Source: Selaginella moellendorffii
Taxonomy: Eukaryota > Plantae > Lycopodiophyta
DNA length: 64,000 bases
Assembly (NCBI RefSeq): GCF_000143415.4
Contig: NW_003314357.1
Coordinates: 189,293-253,292 of the forward strand
Reading direction: 5' to 3'
The position numbers and the translations under genes were made by a program. Positions 59,238 through 64,000 of this stretch are shown in pieces (within the stretch, counting starts at the first letter, position 1; each line of letters starts with the position of its first letter). Under the pieces are notes generated by a model. It was given only the letters and a program-made list of their open reading frames with translations. It searched no databases and had not been told where the DNA came from.

Positions 59238-60892
59238 TCTCGAACAGGAAGACAGGGGAAAGTTTGTCCTGGTATTTTTTTTCTTTTCTACTTCTTTACA
59301 TGACTACGCTAGAACTTCTGCATTGTCCAATAAAAAGCTGTGAACCAAGACAACTCAAAAACTTTCCTTGAGCACAACTATCCATGGCATGCTCCAGTGA
59401 AAACTAGCAATGGATGCTTTCGTGAGGACAGATCCCCTTCGTTTACAGCTTTGCTATAAGATGGGGCTTACCTGACTAACGTGTCATGCATGAATATTTG
59501 CTGGACGAGCTCGTCTATGGAATCGCTCTCGCCTTTTCGCTGCCTGTCTGACAGTGGCTTACCAGCCTTGCCTTGCTCACCACTATCTCCGGAAATCCAA
59601 GTCTAAACGGGCCGCAGGTGACACATCTCAAACTTGGCTCCCTGCTCTTGAGGTTAGCCTTTATCGACTTACTAATGTTCGATCGACCTTCGCTCCAAGC
59701 CACTGTTCTCGCATCAGACCATCCAACATAGATAGAAAAGTCCTCCCATGCTCATCTCATGGCCATCTTGGAAACCTGGAAGTTGGCTCGGGCTTTTGGA
59801 GCCACCACGGAAGCTGTAAACTCTGGGTTGGGCTGGGGGCTACGTAAGCGTTGGTGACCAGCACCAACACTTAGCACATGGTAAGCAGCACCAACCTTTT
59901 TGCTTGGAAACCACAGGCACAAACCCCGGTGGTGACGATCGTCCGGACTGGAATTGCCCTCCTTTCAATTGCGTAGTACTCCATCACGTAGAGAAGGGGG
60001 TAGTGATGGCTTATATCAATTGTTTTGTCCCTGAAGAAAAGACATAGACTCGATGATTGACGGGCATGGATTTCTTGGCAAGGAGCTCTAATATATCCTA
60101 ACATGTGTCTCTTATAGCATATCAAAGAATGTTATCAAATTTAACAAAACTTTCTTAGACAGAAAATTAATAATATAGAAACTATAATTGTATTAAACTA
60201 TAATTTTTAAATTAACATCCAGTGAAACTGAAACTCATATACTCATATGTTAAATGTAAAAGCCAATACTTATTCTAGGCACATGCTTAAGATCTAACAG
60301 CTGAAAACTAATTATAATTGCCTTAATACAATAGATTGCTCTATATTATTATTCTTATCTAATATTGTTTTTTTTTGCTATAAAAGAAATATGTTAAAAT
60401 ATATTTATAAGAAAACTAAATTTTATTTTTTATAGTAATTGCAATAGATGTTGTTGATTTATGTTTTATAATTTTTATATTAAGATATTTAACATATCAC
60501 TTTAAAAAATTTAGTGTGTTTTTATTTGTTTTCATTTGAGGTGATTGGTATATATCTTTGATAAGTCCATTACAAATTATGATTATAATGTGGTGTATCA
60601 ACTTACTTATAAATAAATAAATCTAACGTATGCTATGAGTGTCAAATGTCTTTAATTTTGTTAAACATTTCTTTGCTATTAATTATGGGTCATATTTTAT
60701 TTTTATAAATTATTTTCTAATTAGAACTTATTCTTTTAGATATAAAGTTTAAAATTCTTAGATTTTGTACGCTCTAAGTTTTAACTATAAAAACAACTAT
60801 ATGATCTAGGAATGTTTCATGTTCTTACAACTTGGCTTGACTCGTGATTTATTAATAATATTATTAAGTACAGGTAGATGTTGGACACCAAA

Positions 60893-60991
60893 NNNNNNNN
60901 NNNNNNNNNNNNNNNNNNNNNNNNNNNNNNNNNNNNNNNNNNNNNNNNNNNNNNNNNNNNNNNNNNNNNNNNNNNNNNNNNNNNNNNNNNN
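60893..60991. other. Assembly gap (N run)
   Basis: Run of n. Confidence 1.
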
Positions 60992-61298
60992 NCATTGGCT
61001 AGATTGATCAGTTTGGTACCTTCTACTTTTCCAGCAATCTTTTAAAGTTTATAAATAATTGTATGGAAAACATAAAATTACTTATAAAATTTCTCCATAA
61101 AATTATTTTAAGCATGGACAACTTCAAGAAGTGAGACCATATGAGTCTAAATTATTTTTAAAAATAGATACCAGTTATAAAAAGATTTAAATTATAAAAT
61201 AAATTATTAATTAAAAACATAGATCTAGCACATTACTATGTAGATAATAATATTAACATATTTTATATATGATAATATATTTACAGTAATACAATAAC

Positions 61299-61342
<44 letters not shown>

Positions 61343-64000
61343 TTTAATTTACTTTTGTATTTACATTTATAAAAAATATACTTTGTTGTATAAAACATAT
61401 CATTTTTGAGTAAAGTGTTATTTTTTTCATTTTATCCACTCTACTTCATCATTCTCTTGTATTATAGATTAGATTGTTCAAACCTAGATTTTAAATTACA
61501 TAAAACTTAAACTTATAAAATTAGATTTAACGTACTACTATATACATGAATAATTAAAATATATTTTATATTGCAAGAACCACTGCTTCATTCGAACTCG
61601 GCAATAATTTGTGGATAGACTGTATTTACTCTTCTCAAAAGCTCGAGCTCAAGCTTGATCAAAAGTAAGACGTGTTGCCTACATTGCGCATGACTAAAAC
61701 TTTGGTTTCGAGCATGTTGTCCATTGCGTACTTGACACCCTCTTGTTGGATTCCAGAGTCTTTGATCCCACCATATGGCTGCCTACCAATGCGCATGCTT
61801 GGCAAATCGTTGAGGCAAACTCCTCCAGCCTGTGAGGATCAAATAATCATCAAACAATCGATCCATACTTTCTATATCTCAAACGCAAAGCTACCTCTAT
61901 GTGCTCAAACGCATAGAAGGCCTTGTTGCTCTCTCGGTCTCTAGCACCATCAACCTTTTACCTTTAGGACGGAGAATGCTTGTCTATAAGCTCCTGGGAG
62001 AAGGTCCATAGCTTGTGAGCGAGCTCGGGTTCTCTGCCATAAGCACTACAGTTGGATTTGTTGGAATCCACGAAGTATTGCCTGGTGACGTCCTTGAGGC
62101 TTGGATGTAAAGCTGTGTAGCACGATGAAGAATATTCATAGCTCTTCTTAGATACTGCCACAGTTTCCTCCCTGCTCTAAAAGACATTTCTCTCCACAGC
62201 TGTGCGGATCCCTCCAACTGGATTCACTGCTACCACCTTGAGACAAAGCATTCATGTAATGCCGAAGAAAAAGTATTTGACAGGCTTACAGGCCAGTTGG
62301 ATCCTAGAGCAACCACACTACCGTTTCCGAGGAGGGACCGGAGGTTATAAGATCTGCGTGAGTGCTTCTCACCAAGTTTCTTCATGGCGTAGTAAGCATC
62401 ATCTAGAAGTTGCTCTGGCTGTGCAAAAATATAGGGTTTTGCAATGGAGGCAAAATGCACTCATCTGCTTACTTGCATCGACACAGATATGGAGAACTTC
62501 CCAAATTTGAGGTGTGCTCCAGGTGAAAGGTGCTGTGCATGCTCTACCTGCAATCCCACAAGTTCAGTGATACAAACGTAGATTTGTTCATCATTACTCT
62601 CAATCGATGTCCTTGACGAGGATGTTTAGAAATAGCGTCAGTGTAAATTCCAAGTACATCATCGTATGCTGCATCACCAATTGCATGTACTGCTAACTGA
62701 AGTTCATGATTAAGCATTGGATCAAGGATCATGTAAGTACCTGTAATTTCAACTCAGAAGCAGCACTCACCGACTCGGAAAGCCAACTCAGATCGGCCAC
62801 ACAGAGGCCAAAATTGTTTGGATCGTCTTCGTAGTGCTGCGCCAGAAACTTTAATACCTCAGAAAAGCTAATATTTACGTGACACCTGGTGAAAGAGAGC
62901 TGTTCCCAAGCCCAGCGATCCATCGGCAAAAGAATACATAGAAATAAAAACCACAAATGCGTTTATCAAGGAGTGGCAGACTGGAGGAGTTTGCGAGTGG
63001 GTTTTTTGGTGTTGATCCTCACAATTTGGATAGTAACATGCATTGGCTAGATGCACAGGGTGACACTTACCATGTCAAGGGTTGAGGTTTCCCTTTTCTC
63101 TTTTCTCTTATTTTTCTTTTCTAAGCAAAGTGATTGTTTGTCTAGATGAAGAAGCTGGTGAAAGGCCTCAAGATGGAAACAAGTCATTGCAAGAGCAAAT
63201 GAAATCTCAAGATTGTGAGCTTGATGCGACAGCCACTAGAAGTGCCACTTCAGAGATTGTCTTCTTTGCTAATGTTGCTTCTCTATGAGGGCCAGGAAGC
63301 TGCAAGTGTTGGGTTGTAGACCGTGGCACACCATGGTGTGCTGCAGCTAGCATGAATCACTAGTGTGGTTTAGGGAGTTTGTGTTGGGCCATGGCTATGC
63401 TCCAGTGACAATGTCGGCTTTGGGCAAGGTGGCAAACAATGCATTGATGTGCTCCACACTCCCTACTTGCACATACCCCACCAGCAATGCATTCCACGAC
63501 ACGAGTGAATCAATTGGAAAGATCAGGCTATTCTGCTCTAGTAATGCAGATTTCTAAGATGGAAATTGAGCTTCTTATTTATTTATATTTTAGTAAATAT
63601 TTCATAATTATTTAATACTAAAAAGTAGTGTTTGTTTGTAATTCAAATATGTATAGTATATGACCGAGATGAGAATAAATTATATATAATATACTTTTAT
63701 AGTTTATCAAAAGACTACTTTAAGGGGGCCAATGGGGTTTCTTATGTTGTGCAAAGCTTGAGATTTAACTTATAAACACAAACAAGTAAAAAGAAATATG
63801 ACTTTGGATATCCTAAAGAAAGGTTGCGGATTAGGCTTTGCACAATGAGTGGAATAAGTAGAGATGCAATTATGTGTAAAACAAAGTACAAAGTGGGATG
63901 GGAAGGATATCCTAAGTTCCCCCTTTTATATCCTACATGCGCGGTCACTAATTATTCTGTGCACTCATGTAATTTCCTGACTCCAAAAGCCTGAGAGAAA
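60992..64000 (-). repeat. Inverted copy of ~34577-38803 with two internal deletions (carries ALDH21 3', SDR and LAF3-like fragments on the minus strand)
   Basis: Mirror ORFs (e.g. 61672 vs 37219, 62544 vs 36033, 63363 vs 35202). Lacks ~37284-38203 and ~36390-36763. Confidence 0.92.

Larger units (their letters stand above)
54683..60892 (+). repeat. Segmental duplication copy 2, including Fic cassette (IRs 56111-56230 and 60087-60200)
   Basis: Near-identical to 28753-34020. Ends at the assembly gap. Confidence 0.95.

Overview
Repeat-rich eukaryotic DNA from a non-seed land plant, most likely the lycophyte Selaginella. This is inferred from ~50-nt GT-AG introns, an ALDH21-type gene fragment and a fungal-like Tcn1-type chromovirus. 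About two thirds of the window is nested Ty3/gypsy material. It includes three complete but mutated elements with LTR pairs and target-site duplications (20701-28166, 39518-44544, 46715-52228), a rearranged non-autonomous LTR family (7.5-28.7 kb) and older relics. The standout is a GC-rich ~4 kb cassette bounded by ~115-bp imperfect inverted repeats. It carries two head-to-head genes for Fic-domain proteins, each with an intact HPFxDGNGRxxR catalytic motif; one is intronless and one has two short introns. The cassette is present twice (29.2-33.3 kb and 56.1-60.2 kb), and in copy 2 one partner is frameshifted. Other notable signals are a 47-nt intron-like insertion in a retrotransposon integrase, a Tf1-style self-priming PBS, -1 frameshift heptamers, tRNA T-arm/B-box hairpins shared by autonomous and non-autonomous elements, a string of captured gene fragments (LAF3-like amidohydrolase, SDR, ALDH21) and a bacterial-type metallo-beta-lactamase pseudogene with introns. 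All assignments come from reading motifs by eye; no searches were run.
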